Assembly (NCBI GenBank): GCA_020441855.1
Contig: JAGRLL010000005.1
Coordinates: 13,125-77,124 of the forward strand
Direction of reading: 5' to 3'
From: Nitratireductor sp.
Lineage (GTDB): Bacteria > Pseudomonadota > Alphaproteobacteria > Rhizobiales > Rhizobiaceae
Length of the DNA: 64,000 nt
In this document: positions 53,951 through 61,524 of the stretch, piece after piece
Position numbering within the stretch: the first letter of the stretch is position 1
Layout: each line of letters opens with the position of its first letter
Made by a program: the position numbers and the translations under genes
The notes under the pieces: model-generated
Databases searched by the model: none
Told to the model about the DNA's origin: nothing
The model's input: the letters and a program-made list of their open reading frames with translations, nothing else

Positions 53951-54138
53951 CCGATCCGCTCCTCGAACTCGCCGAGCTCGTATGTCTGCGGGATCTTGGC
54001 GTCCTTGCCGGCCTGCATGATGAGATCGTGGATCAAAGCTTCCGGAGTGGTGCGGTGCCACTTCGCCAAGAGTTTCAGAAGCAACTCGTCGGTTGGCGTG
54101 ATCCAGACAAAGGAAGTGCGATCGGTGGAGGGTTTCAC
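53947..54138 (-). CDS. Small hypothetical protein
   Basis: GTG start with a GGAGGG SD; GTGA overlap. Confidence 0.45.
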   Translation of the reverse strand: MKPSTDRTSFVWITPTDELLLKLLAKWHRTTPEALIHDLIMQAGKDAKIPQTYELGEFEERIG

Positions 54139-54332
54139 GCCGCCCTCCCCGGTTCATGGTCGGGAATGCCGAGCTCGCATGGCCCGCGTCCGCAGACCTC
54201 GCAGATATCGAGCGGTGCAGGCATGTGGCGACGGATCAGATCGTTGCGGCACGAATTGGCGTAGGCAGGACGCGTCGGAAAACCGCCATCCGCGATGTGG
54301 TCGTTGACAGCCTTGTTCAGCAGGTCGCTCAT
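54135..54332 (-). CDS. Small Cys-containing hypothetical protein
   Basis: ATGA overlap with the upstream gene. Confidence 0.45.
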   Translation of the reverse strand: MSDLLNKAVNDHIADGGFPTRPAYANSCRNDLIRRHMPAPLDICEVCGRGPCELGIPDHEPGRAA

Positions 54333-54736
54333 TCAGCCGGCTCCCTGCATGCGCTGACAGTCGCTAGAGAAACCGAATGCTTTCTGGTGTTGTGTCTGGT
54401 ATATTCGGTGGTGACGTAGCGTGTTCCGTCTGAACGGGTTTCGATGGTTGCGCCGGCATAGGGCTTCGAAGGAACGGAAGCCCCGCCATTGCGCTCCCTG
54501 CTGGCCGCTGCGGCATCGTCAGGAGCGGCGAAGGTGTTTGCCCGCCTAAGCGCCTTGGCAGCGCGTTCGCGCGATGTGCGGCGCTGCACGTCGCGCATGT
54601 GGGCGAGATAGTTTACATCGGTCAGGGCCTTCACCGCGTTTGGATGGCAACGCATCAGTTTGGCTATTGCGCCAGCCGGCATACCGGCTTCGCTCAGATC
54701 GCGGATGAAGGCCTGCTTTTCCGGGGAGAGGTTCAT
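54329..54736 (-). CDS. HTH domain protein
   Basis: FIRDLSEAGMPAGAIAKLMRCHPNAVK. ATG 54736 overlaps the MTase stop. Confidence 0.5.
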   Translation of the reverse strand: MNLSPEKQAFIRDLSEAGMPAGAIAKLMRCHPNAVKALTDVNYLAHMRDVQRRTSRERAAKALRRANTFAAPDDAAAASRERNGGASVPSKPYAGATIETRSDGTRYVTTEYTRHNTRKHSVSLATVSACREPAE

Positions 54737-55938
54737 GTCTGGCCTCCCCATTCGAGAAGCGGGGCGGGTTCCGACGGTTCCGCGCCCTTGCGCTTGATGA
54801 TCTCCCGCGCGCGCTCATCAGGGCCGGACAGGCAGAGGCGCATGCGCTCCGCGATATCATCCTGATATTCAAGTTCGCGCTCGATCAGGATGGCGTTCAT
54901 GCCTTCGCGCCATGCCGCCTCGCCCGTGGTTCCTGTCCCGGCGAACGGATCAAGCACGGTGCCGCCGGGAGGCGTGACAAGACGCACCAGGTATTGCATC
55001 AGATCGACCGGCTTCACGGTCGGGTGCCTGGAACCTATCCTGTCGTTGGAGTCGGCCTTGGCTTGGTAAAAGAACCTGGCTGCCGAGCCGGCGTCGCCTC
55101 TTGGTTCTACCGTCGGTCTCGGGCCGTAGTCGCCATAGACCGCAGTTCCGGTCTTCGGCCTGAAGGTGTCGTTGACTTCGCGCTGCGCACCCGGTGCATC
55201 TGGAAACGCTGCCAGCACTTCTGCGCTGCCGTCATGGATTAGGTTTGCCGGCCACCTCCCTTTTCCATAGTCAACGCGTTCCATGGGGCCCATCTTTCCG
55301 TAGATATCGCTATCAACTTTTCGGCCATTGTTGCGCGCTCCATCTGTACCGACCCTGCACCCGTCGATATTGAGCGCTCCGGTTCCCCATTTCAGGATGT
55401 TTTCGGTGCCGGACAGGCCCTTCTCGAAAGGCTTCTGCCCCATGTAGATCGGTTCAATTGCCGGCTTGAGCGCTTGTCCGCCATAGCGGAATCCGTCATA
55501 GCCTTCAGCCTTGATCCGGGTCGCTTTCGGGAATCCGCTGCCAAAAATCCAACCGATGAAGGGATGTGTAATAAACCCGGCATCCTCGATGGCGACGGAC
55601 ATCCGTCCGAAGCCGCGCGTCGAGGCAAAGGCCAAGAGATATCCGCCGGGTTTCAGGACGCGGAGACATTCCCGCCAGACATCGGGACGAAAGGCGATAT
55701 CGCCGCCATCCCAAGTCCGGCCCATGAAACCGGTTGACGCCCGCTTGAATGCGCCGGTTTGACCTTCCTTGGCCTCGGCGGCGTTGTCGCCACCAAACCG
55801 CTTGACGATGCTGGTGAGATGGTAAGGCGGGTCTGTGACCACGCTGTCCAAACTGTTCTCCGGCAGCGCCAACAGGACGTCGAGGCAGTTGCCCGGATAG
55901 AGCGTCACCCTGCCGTCGAGGAAGGAGATCGGCTCCAT
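54733..55938 (-). CDS. DNA methyltransferase, beta-class N6-adenine/N4-cytosine
   Basis: Motif IV VVTDPPYHL precedes motif I VLDPFAGTGTTGEAA (beta order). Also RHPTVKPVDL. Confidence 0.85.
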   Translation of the reverse strand: MEPISFLDGRVTLYPGNCLDVLLALPENSLDSVVTDPPYHLTSIVKRFGGDNAAEAKEGQTGAFKRASTGFMGRTWDGGDIAFRPDVWRECLRVLKPGGYLLAFASTRGFGRMSVAIEDAGFITHPFIGWIFGSGFPKATRIKAEGYDGFRYGGQALKPAIEPIYMGQKPFEKGLSGTENILKWGTGALNIDGCRVGTDGARNNGRKVDSDIYGKMGPMERVDYGKGRWPANLIHDGSAEVLAAFPDAPGAQREVNDTFRPKTGTAVYGDYGPRPTVEPRGDAGSAARFFYQAKADSNDRIGSRHPTVKPVDLMQYLVRLVTPPGGTVLDPFAGTGTTGEAAWREGMNAILIERELEYQDDIAERMRLCLSGPDERAREIIKRKGAEPSEPAPLLEWGGQT

Positions 55939-56732
55939 CACTCCTCCTCCATCCATTCCGGCTTCTTGATCCGCCGGTCCATGAAGGCAGGAATGTCAGG
56001 CATTTCGAGCGGTGCGACAGGCCGTGTGGGTTCCCGGCCCGCCGCTCCATTCGTTGCTACTGTCGAGTCTTCGGACGGAACGGACACGGCTTCGCTTTGA
56101 CCGCTATCCATTTCGTCGGGGGCGTTTTCTACTTCATGGGATTCCTCCTGGTTGCCATCCGAAGGCTTGGCGGTTGCTCCATCGGCAATCATGCCATCGT
56201 CTTCGGTGGTGGGGTCATCCGCCGTTTCTGGCGACGGAATTTCGTCTGAGAGCGGCGCGGCGGAGCGACCTTCATCGGCGACCGGTTCATCACCGGCCAT
56301 TGCCTCGGCATCGTCTCCGCCGCCCATGCTGCTCTGCTGGGTATCGGTGAATTCTCCGGTCTCGGGGTCATGAGCCGGCATTTCGGTTGCTTCCGAGCCG
56401 GAATTCCTCAATGATTTCTCGTGCGCAGGCGCGGGACGCGCGCTAGGCTCGTCAAAGTCACCGCCAGCCATGCCAAGCGCGTGGCGATAAAGGTCGCGAA
56501 TTGCGTCCTGCTCCTGACGCTCGACCTTCTTGCCGGGGTTCTCGTCTTCGGCGTCCAGTGCCGCCTTCTCGCGGAACACAGCGCGCATGGCTTTGGTGTC
56601 GAGGCCGTTTGACTTCGCCTCGGCAAACAGCTCCTTGGAATCTTCAGCGAGAACCTTCTTGTCTTCCTCAATACGCTGCCATCGCTCGAAGTAAGAGCGG
56701 ATCACGTTGGAATTGTCTCCGATGCCTGTCAT
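55938..56732 (-). CDS. GapR/DUF2312-like DNA-binding protein with ~165-aa acidic C-terminal extension
   Basis: aa 10-90 align by eye to Caulobacter GapR (FERWQRIEEDKK...FAEAKSNGLDTKAMR...ERQEQDAIRDLYRHALG). Confidence 0.8.
   Translation of the reverse strand: MTGIGDNSNVIRSYFERWQRIEEDKKVLAEDSKELFAEAKSNGLDTKAMRAVFREKAALDAEDENPGKKVERQEQDAIRDLYRHALGMAGGDFDEPSARPAPAHEKSLRNSGSEATEMPAHDPETGEFTDTQQSSMGGGDDAEAMAGDEPVADEGRSAAPLSDEIPSPETADDPTTEDDGMIADGATAKPSDGNQEESHEVENAPDEMDSGQSEAVSVPSEDSTVATNGAAGREPTRPVAPLEMPDIPAFMDRRIKKPEWMEEE
56402..56426 (-). repeat. 25-nt exact repeat, copy B (inside the GapR-like ORF at the domain boundary)
   Basis: Identical to 49237-49261. Confidence 0.9.
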
Positions 56733-56735
56733 CAC

Positions 56736-57845
56736 TCAGACCCTCATCGGCATCTGGACGCAGATCAGTTCGTCGGCGTCGCCGGTGATCAGTGCCGGCT
56801 CGCCGGCATTCTGCCCGGCGCTCGTCGCCGCAAACGTCACGGTCTCGCTGGCCTTGAACGCCGACAGGACTTCGATGAGGTATCGCGGATTGAAACCGAC
56901 CTCGAAATCGGCTGGCGTCTGGGCGTCCATTGTTTCGGTAAAGGCCTGCAAGCCGTCGACCCGGCCGGTGAGTTCAAGTTTCCCGGCCTTGCCGGTGATC
57001 TTGACCGCCCTGCCACGCACGTCCTGCACCGCCACAACACGCCTGAGAACGGCGAGTATCTTGCGCCGGTCGACGACAAGGTATGGATCGGCGTTCTGTG
57101 GCACCACGCGTCGGTAGTCAGGATAGGTTCCGGCGATCGTTTTCGACCGGATCGTGAGCCCGTCGAATTCGAACGCGGCCTTGTCGTTCTCCGCGTCGAT
57201 GCAGGCCCGGTTCGGTTCGGGTTTCCTTTCGACAAGAAACCCGACAAGCTTCCTCGGCAGGATCGTCCCGGAAGCGCCTTCGATGACGAAGGGTAGCTTT
57301 CGCATCGCCAGCCGGTGCCCGTCGGTTGCGACGGCCCACATCTCATCCTTGTCCGGCTCCTTGAGCAGGGCGATGCCGTTGAGATAGTACCGGGTCTCCT
57401 CGGTCGACACCGCGAACATGACCTCGCGTAATATGGCGACCAGGCCGGCGTTGCCGAGGGCGACATAGTCCTTTTTCTTCGGCCGCCAGTTCGTCAGGAT
57501 CTCGGGAAAGTCCGTTGTCGGCAAAGAGGCCATGCGATATTCGGCGCCGTTGAACTTCGCCGTTGCGACGCGCTCGTTCTCATCCTCGGAAAGCACGACC
57601 TCGTCACCGGCGGGCGTCAGAGCCATGAGCCGTGACAGCACCGCAAAATCGATTGTGGCAGAGCCGGTTTGCTCGCCGATCAACGGAAGCTTGACGTCGA
57701 CCTCCATGTCGAGATTGGTCCCGGTGATAGTTCCATTTTCGAACTTCACCATGCCGAGAATGGGGATCGTGTTCCGTTTCTCGACTACCTTGTTCAGCAC
57801 CCGAAGGGCTGAATGCATATGGCCTGCGGTCGTTTCCAGTCTCAT
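56736..57845 (-). CDS. dnaN: DNA polymerase III beta sliding clamp (phage-encoded)
   Basis: ALRVLNKVVEKRNTIPILGMVKFE.. N-terminus. 369 aa three-domain length. GFNPRYLIEVL motif. Confidence 0.85.
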   Translation of the reverse strand: MRLETTAGHMHSALRVLNKVVEKRNTIPILGMVKFENGTITGTNLDMEVDVKLPLIGEQTGSATIDFAVLSRLMALTPAGDEVVLSEDENERVATAKFNGAEYRMASLPTTDFPEILTNWRPKKKDYVALGNAGLVAILREVMFAVSTEETRYYLNGIALLKEPDKDEMWAVATDGHRLAMRKLPFVIEGASGTILPRKLVGFLVERKPEPNRACIDAENDKAAFEFDGLTIRSKTIAGTYPDYRRVVPQNADPYLVVDRRKILAVLRRVVAVQDVRGRAVKITGKAGKLELTGRVDGLQAFTETMDAQTPADFEVGFNPRYLIEVLSAFKASETVTFAATSAGQNAGEPALITGDADELICVQMPMRV

Positions 57846-57851
57846 TGTGCT

Positions 57852-58292
57852 TCACTCCTCAGTTCCGGCGCGATCCATTCCGCGAGTGATGCTCCCCAGC
57901 CCCTCAATGTCAGGCCGATGGAAAGCCGCGTCCTGGTGCTCAAGAAGCGCACGAAGACGGGCGGTTTTGGCAATGAATTCGGCATGCTCTTTCCTCGCGT
58001 TCTTGAGCAATTCCCGTTCCTCGATAGCCCGCTCCGCCGCCGCTGCGAGTTCGACCATCTCGAAGTATTTCGGAGCCGCAACTTCCCTGCCCCACAGCGC
58101 CCGGACGCGACGCCACGTCCATCGCCTTTCCGGCTCGTCTTCATGGGGGAACATCTCGGTCAGCCTGGCGTATGCCCGCCTCAACTTGACCTTGACGACC
58201 TCGCTTCCGCCGATGTCGGAAACAAGGGATTGCGCAAGCGCTACATCAGACATCTGCTCTTGGCCCTCCGCAGATTTGGACGTGATTTCCAT
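57852..58292 (-). CDS. Hypothetical protein
   Basis: AAGGAA SD upstream of ATG 58292. Confidence 0.5.
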   Translation of the reverse strand: MEITSKSAEGQEQMSDVALAQSLVSDIGGSEVVKVKLRRAYARLTEMFPHEDEPERRWTWRRVRALWGREVAAPKYFEMVELAAAAERAIEERELLKNARKEHAEFIAKTARLRALLEHQDAAFHRPDIEGLGSITRGMDRAGTEE

Positions 58293-58303
58293 GATTTCGG
58301 ATT

Positions 58304-58335
58304 CCTTCCTTCGCTAGCTTCATTGCGAAGGAAGG
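58304..58335. other. Perfect 11-bp stem-loop CCTTCCTTCGC-N10-GCGAAGGAAGG
   Basis: Read directly. Lies 12 nt upstream of the gene 57852..58292 start. Confidence 0.6.
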
Positions 58336-58481
58336 GAGTTCGGAAAGTTCATGGATTGGGTTTCGATAGGTGCAGTTTCGGCTGGCGTGGTGGCCGGCCT
58401 TGCGCGGAAAAATGTCAGGAGTATCCGCGTTGAATTCGCCGGGGCGTTGGTCGCGCCTTGGCCAGCGAATGAGAATGGAGC

Positions 58482-58519
58482 GGGGCAGATCAGTGGGAGG
58501 AGCCGAACCGATCTGCCCC
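58482..58519. other. Perfect 10-bp stem-loop GGGGCAGATC-N18-GATCTGCCCC
   Basis: Read directly, within the 546-bp ORF-poor gap. Confidence 0.6.
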
Positions 58520-58651
58520 TGTCCGCCGCGCCGGGCTTCGTGGGGAGGGAGCGCAACGGATTCTGATGAAAGACCGGAAACCTTGCGGCATCCGGCAAGT
58601 GCCTCCGGCGGGCGCTTATGGGGTAAGCATTGGCCTTTGGCGGAGTTGAAA

Positions 58652-58837
58652 ATGACACAAGACGAAATCGAATTGCGCCGCTTTGTGCTGGTCCTTGCCG
58701 TGGCACTGGACCGGCGTGGCGTGCTGTCGCTGGAATTGCTCGACCGATGGCTTGAAGCAGCAGGATCGGGAGCAAACGCCATGCTGTTCAATGCAGAACT
58801 GGTGAGAGAATATCTGGCGTTTACCGTGCCGGAATAG
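58652..58837 (+). CDS. Possible 61-aa antisense-oriented small protein
   Basis: GGAG SD 7 nt upstream. The sequence looks protein-like (MTQDEIELRRFVLVLAVALDRRG..), but third-position GC is only moderate. Confidence 0.3.
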   Translation: MTQDEIELRRFVLVLAVALDRRGVLSLELLDRWLEAAGSGANAMLFNAELVREYLAFTVPE

Positions 58838-58838
58838 G

Positions 58839-59081
58839 TCATGCGCCCTCCCTCACCTTTGCAGGTGGGTTGAGAGCGAGGCGCTTGAGGCGGCGGGCGC
58901 GTTCCCGCTTGCCTTGATGCGGACTGTATTTGCTGCGGTCGCGGAAGCACTGCGACGTAACAAAGGTTCGCTTTCCGGGACCGTAACGGCGCGTCTTGCG
59001 GATTGCCGCCGCGATGACGCGAAGCGCCATCAACTCGTCAATCATTCCACCGACGTGGAAATCACGATTCCAGGCCATCAT
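58839..59081 (-). CDS. Small basic early protein
   Basis: ATGA overlap with the upstream gene. Confidence 0.5.
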   Translation of the reverse strand: MMAWNRDFHVGGMIDELMALRVIAAAIRKTRRYGPGKRTFVTSQCFRDRSKYSPHQGKRERARRLKRLALNPPAKVREGA

Positions 59082-59242
59082 CCCCTCCCCGCTCTGCGGT
59101 CGAGTTCGTCGTTAATCTTGCGGATGGCTGCGAGGGCGTCGGCGTGCTGGTCGGGATCGCATTTCACCGAATGCCAGTGCGTGAGTTGCCGGCGTAGTTC
59201 GCCTTCGGAATAGAAACGGAGAGGACGGGCGGGAGCGTTCAT
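59078..59242 (-). CDS. Small early protein
   Basis: ATG 59242 overlaps the cro-like stop (ATGA); listed start 59287. Confidence 0.45.
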   Translation of the reverse strand: MNAPARPLRFYSEGELRRQLTHWHSVKCDPDQHADALAAIRKINDELDRRAGRG

Positions 59243-59478
59243 TGGGCTGGCTCCGCGTTGGTCTTGGCCCGCTGTGCCCCGAGCCATTCAAGGGTGACAC
59301 CCTCAATGCCTTTGGCAGCGGCCTTGTCGACAATCGCCGCCCACCATTCGGGAGCAATACTTCCCCGGCGTCGCATCTGCCGCGCGGCCTCGTAGCCGCA
59401 GCCGATATCGACCGCGAACGCACCAATGGTTTTCCATTGGCCAATCAGTTCGGAAATTGATGCGGGTGTAGTGTTCAT
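59239..59478 (-). CDS. Cro/YdaS-like HTH regulator
   Basis: ISELIGQWKTIGAFAVDIGCGYEAARQMRRRGSIAPEWW. Divergent from the CI-like repressor. Confidence 0.65.
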   Translation of the reverse strand: MNTTPASISELIGQWKTIGAFAVDIGCGYEAARQMRRRGSIAPEWWAAIVDKAAAKGIEGVTLEWLGAQRAKTNAEPAQ

Positions 59479-59488
59479 TTGCCGTATT

Positions 59489-59538
59489 CGTACAAAAGGT
59501 ACGATCTTCTGTCAACACAAAATCGTACACTTCGCACG
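59489..59538. promoter_or_regulatory. Two operator palindromes CGTAC-AAAAG-GTACG (59489-59503) and CGTAC-ACTTC-GCACG (59524-59538) in the cI/cro intergenic region
   Basis: Read directly. A minus-strand TTGACA (59515-59510) -17- TACGAA lies over site 1. Confidence 0.65.
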
Positions 59539-59562
59539 ATGCCTATCTGTCAAAATGTACGA

Positions 59563-60171
59563 ATGAGTGAACCGAGAACCCGCTTGAGGCAGGCAAGAAT
59601 TCAGGCCGGATACGAAACGGCCTCCGATGCTGCTCGCGCGTTCCGGGAGATCAACCAGAATACATTGATCAGCCACGAAAACGGCAACAGGGCTATTTCC
59701 AGGAAGGCGGCTGAGCGCTACGGCGAGGCATTCGGTGTTCCAGCGGGATGGATCCTCTACAACGAACGCCCGGACGTCGAACTGCACGAAACAAGCGTGC
59801 CCGTGCTCTCCATGGTCAGTGCGGGAAGCCTTCGGGATCAGGACGGCATCACCGCCGCGGATATATCGCGGTGGATCAAAGTGTCCGATCTACCGAATGG
59901 CGACTGGGTTGCCCTTGTGGTCGAGGGTGACTCCATGGATCGGGTTGCTCCCGACGGCGCAACAATCCTCGTCAACAGGGCAGACGACCGGCTTATCGAT
60001 GGCCGATACTATGTCTTCAGCCTCAATCAGGGAGCCGCAACCTTCAAACGCTACAAAAAGGATCCTGAGCGACTGCAGCCCTATTCCACCAACCCGGACA
60101 ATATCTCGATCCCGGTAAACGGAGACCTCTATGTCTTCGGACGAGTCCGCAGGATTATTTTTGATGTCTGA
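59563..60171 (+). CDS. CI/LexA-like repressor (XRE HTH + S24 peptidase)
   Basis: LRQARIQAGYETASDAARAF HTH, VVEGDSMDRVAP (catalytic Ser) and ATFKRY (Lys). Confidence 0.85.
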   Translation: MSEPRTRLRQARIQAGYETASDAARAFREINQNTLISHENGNRAISRKAAERYGEAFGVPAGWILYNERPDVELHETSVPVLSMVSAGSLRDQDGITAADISRWIKVSDLPNGDWVALVVEGDSMDRVAPDGATILVNRADDRLIDGRYYVFSLNQGAATFKRYKKDPERLQPYSTNPDNISIPVNGDLYVFGRVRRIIFDV

Positions 60172-60415
60172 CCGGCCGAGATTCCTCCCCAACACATTGG
60201 TCGCGCTCCTGCCTGGGATATTCGCCTGGTCGATCCATGGCGTTCTTATCGGCAGTTTGGTCTATCTTGCCACAATCCTTGCGCTGATATCGGCGTTCTG
60301 GATCGTCGCATCCATCGGGCTCTCTTTCCGGACCCTAGCCAGAATCAGGATCGCGATCGTGCTGCTTGCCGTTATGGCAGTGAGCATTTCAGGCATGCAG
60401 ATTGCTTCCATATAA
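60164..60415 (+). CDS. Three-TM small membrane protein co-transcribed with the repressor
   Basis: ATG 60164 overlaps the last codons of cI. 83 aa, with three hydrophobic helices. Confidence 0.55.
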   Translation: MSDRPRFLPNTLVALLPGIFAWSIHGVLIGSLVYLATILALISAFWIVASIGLSFRTLARIRIAIVLLAVMAVSISGMQIASI

Positions 60416-60431
60416 CCGGATTTGCCATCGT

Positions 60432-60474
60432 CGTACATTTTGTACTTGACCCTTAATCGTACATTTCGTACTAT
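60432..60474 (+). promoter_or_regulatory. Promoter TTGACC-17-TACTAT overlapped by two operators CGTAC-ATTTT-GTACT (60432-60446) and CGTAC-ATTTC-GTACT (60458-60472)
   Basis: Read directly. Same consensus as the cI/cro operators. Confidence 0.65.
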
Positions 60475-60501
60475 CCCTCCATCAACCCGATGGAGACGGA
60501 A

Positions 60502-60987
60502 ATGCAATTCGAGGTCACCAACCGTTTTACAGGCGCAGTCCAGTTCGTCGCAGAAATTGAATGCGATGAGAACGCAAGCAGGTCGGTCAAGCTTGGCCTC
60601 GCTGTCAGATGGGCGGTGAAGACCCGCGCGAACCTCTCCGGCGCGAACCTCTCCCGCGCGGACCTCTCCCGCGCGGACCTCTCCTACGCGAACCTCTCCG
60701 GCGCGAACCTCTCCGGCGCGGAACAGGGCGATGATCGCATCATTGATGGTGGCCTTCGGTCGGATGGCTATCGGTTTTTCCTGACACGCACCGAACCCGG
60801 CGAATTCAGGGTCAAGGCCGGATGCAGGAATTTCACTGTCAAGGAAGCCAAAGCGCATTGGGACGAAACTCGCCCGAAAGGCGAGGCGCTTGGCGATGAA
60901 ACGCGCCTGATCATCAAGCACATGCTTGCGATTGCCAAGCTGCGCGAATGGAAACCGCTCGAAGCCGAAACGGCAGAAGCAGCCTAA
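60502..60987 (+). CDS. Pentapeptide-repeat protein
   Basis: ANLSGANLSRADLSRADLSYANLSGANLSGA (A[DN]LSx repeats). GGAG SD before ATG 60502; alternative ATG 60490. Confidence 0.8.
   Translation: MQFEVTNRFTGAVQFVAEIECDENASRSVKLGLAVRWAVKTRANLSGANLSRADLSRADLSYANLSGANLSGAEQGDDRIIDGGLRSDGYRFFLTRTEPGEFRVKAGCRNFTVKEAKAHWDETRPKGEALGDETRLIIKHMLAIAKLREWKPLEAETAEAA
60626..60720 (+). repeat. Six tandem 15-bp units encoding the pentapeptide repeats
   Basis: gcgcgaacctctccg-type units, read directly. Confidence 0.9.
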
Positions 60988-61013
60988 TCAACCCGATTGA
61001 AGGAGCAGGACGG

Positions 61014-61400
61014 ATGAACGCGCCAGTCCATGATATCGGCGCGCGTTTTGCCGAGGCGTTTCGCGACCATTTCGACCGGGTTCGCGATTCCCGCCAGCGT
61101 GCAAAGCGGCAGATGGTCCATGAGGCCGTACTTTACCCTGAAATCTTTCGTTCGAGGCTGGCGCGGGTTGCCAATGCCGGCTGCGCGTCACCGCTCGAAA
61201 TCGACAAACTTCTCTCTCTGGCGGTCGAGCGTCTTCGCAAGCAGCGAAACATGGCACGGAAATTCCGCCTGACCGGCGAACCGCCGCACCGCTCCTATGA
61301 CAGCAACCTTCATATCGCGCTCAAGGAATGCGTCCTGACCGCGCGGTATTTGCGTCGTTACGGCGCGATGTTGACTACCAGAGGGCGGGCCAATGCTTAG
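61014..61400 (+). CDS. Hypothetical early protein
   Basis: AAGGAG SD upstream of ATG 61014; listed start 60948. Confidence 0.5.
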   Translation: MNAPVHDIGARFAEAFRDHFDRVRDSRQRAKRQMVHEAVLYPEIFRSRLARVANAGCASPLEIDKLLSLAVERLRKQRNMARKFRLTGEPPHRSYDSNLHIALKECVLTARYLRRYGAMLTTRGRANA

Positions 61401-61524
61401 ATTTCTCCGCGCCGCACTCGAATTCACGGTGATTGCCGGCTTCCTGTTCGTCATCTGGGCCTATGGCCCGATGCTCGCCAGCTTCGCCTCCCCTCCCCAT
61501 GCTTATGAAAGGACTCTGCGATGA
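61393..61524 (+). CDS. 43-aa single-TM micro-protein (absent from the ORF track)
   Basis: MLRFLRAALEFTVIAGFLFVIWAYGPMLASFASPPHAYERTLR. The ATG lies 3 nt before the upstream TAG, and its TGA overlaps the next ATG (ATGA). High third-position GC. Confidence 0.5.
   Translation: MLRFLRAALEFTVIAGFLFVIWAYGPMLASFASPPHAYERTLR

Noticed and set aside
58246-58950. Minus-strand ORFs 58246-58950 and 58320-58775 filling the 546-bp gap
   Set aside because: They have a Pro/Arg/Ala/Ser-rich, low-complexity composition and no SD. They would overlap flanking coupled genes out of pattern, so the region is treated as non-coding or structured.
60626-60720. Tandem 15-bp repeats that could be mistaken for a CRISPR array or a VNTR
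   Set aside because: The units are contiguous with no spacers, are only 15 bp long, and are in-frame coding repeats of the pentapeptide protein.
60262-60921. 219-aa minus-strand ORF with striking GEVRAGEVRVGEVRAGEVRA repeats
   Set aside because: It is the antisense shadow of the plus-strand pentapeptide-repeat gene. The plus frame has an SD, a promoter and a known repeat family (A[DN]LSx); the minus frame has none of these.
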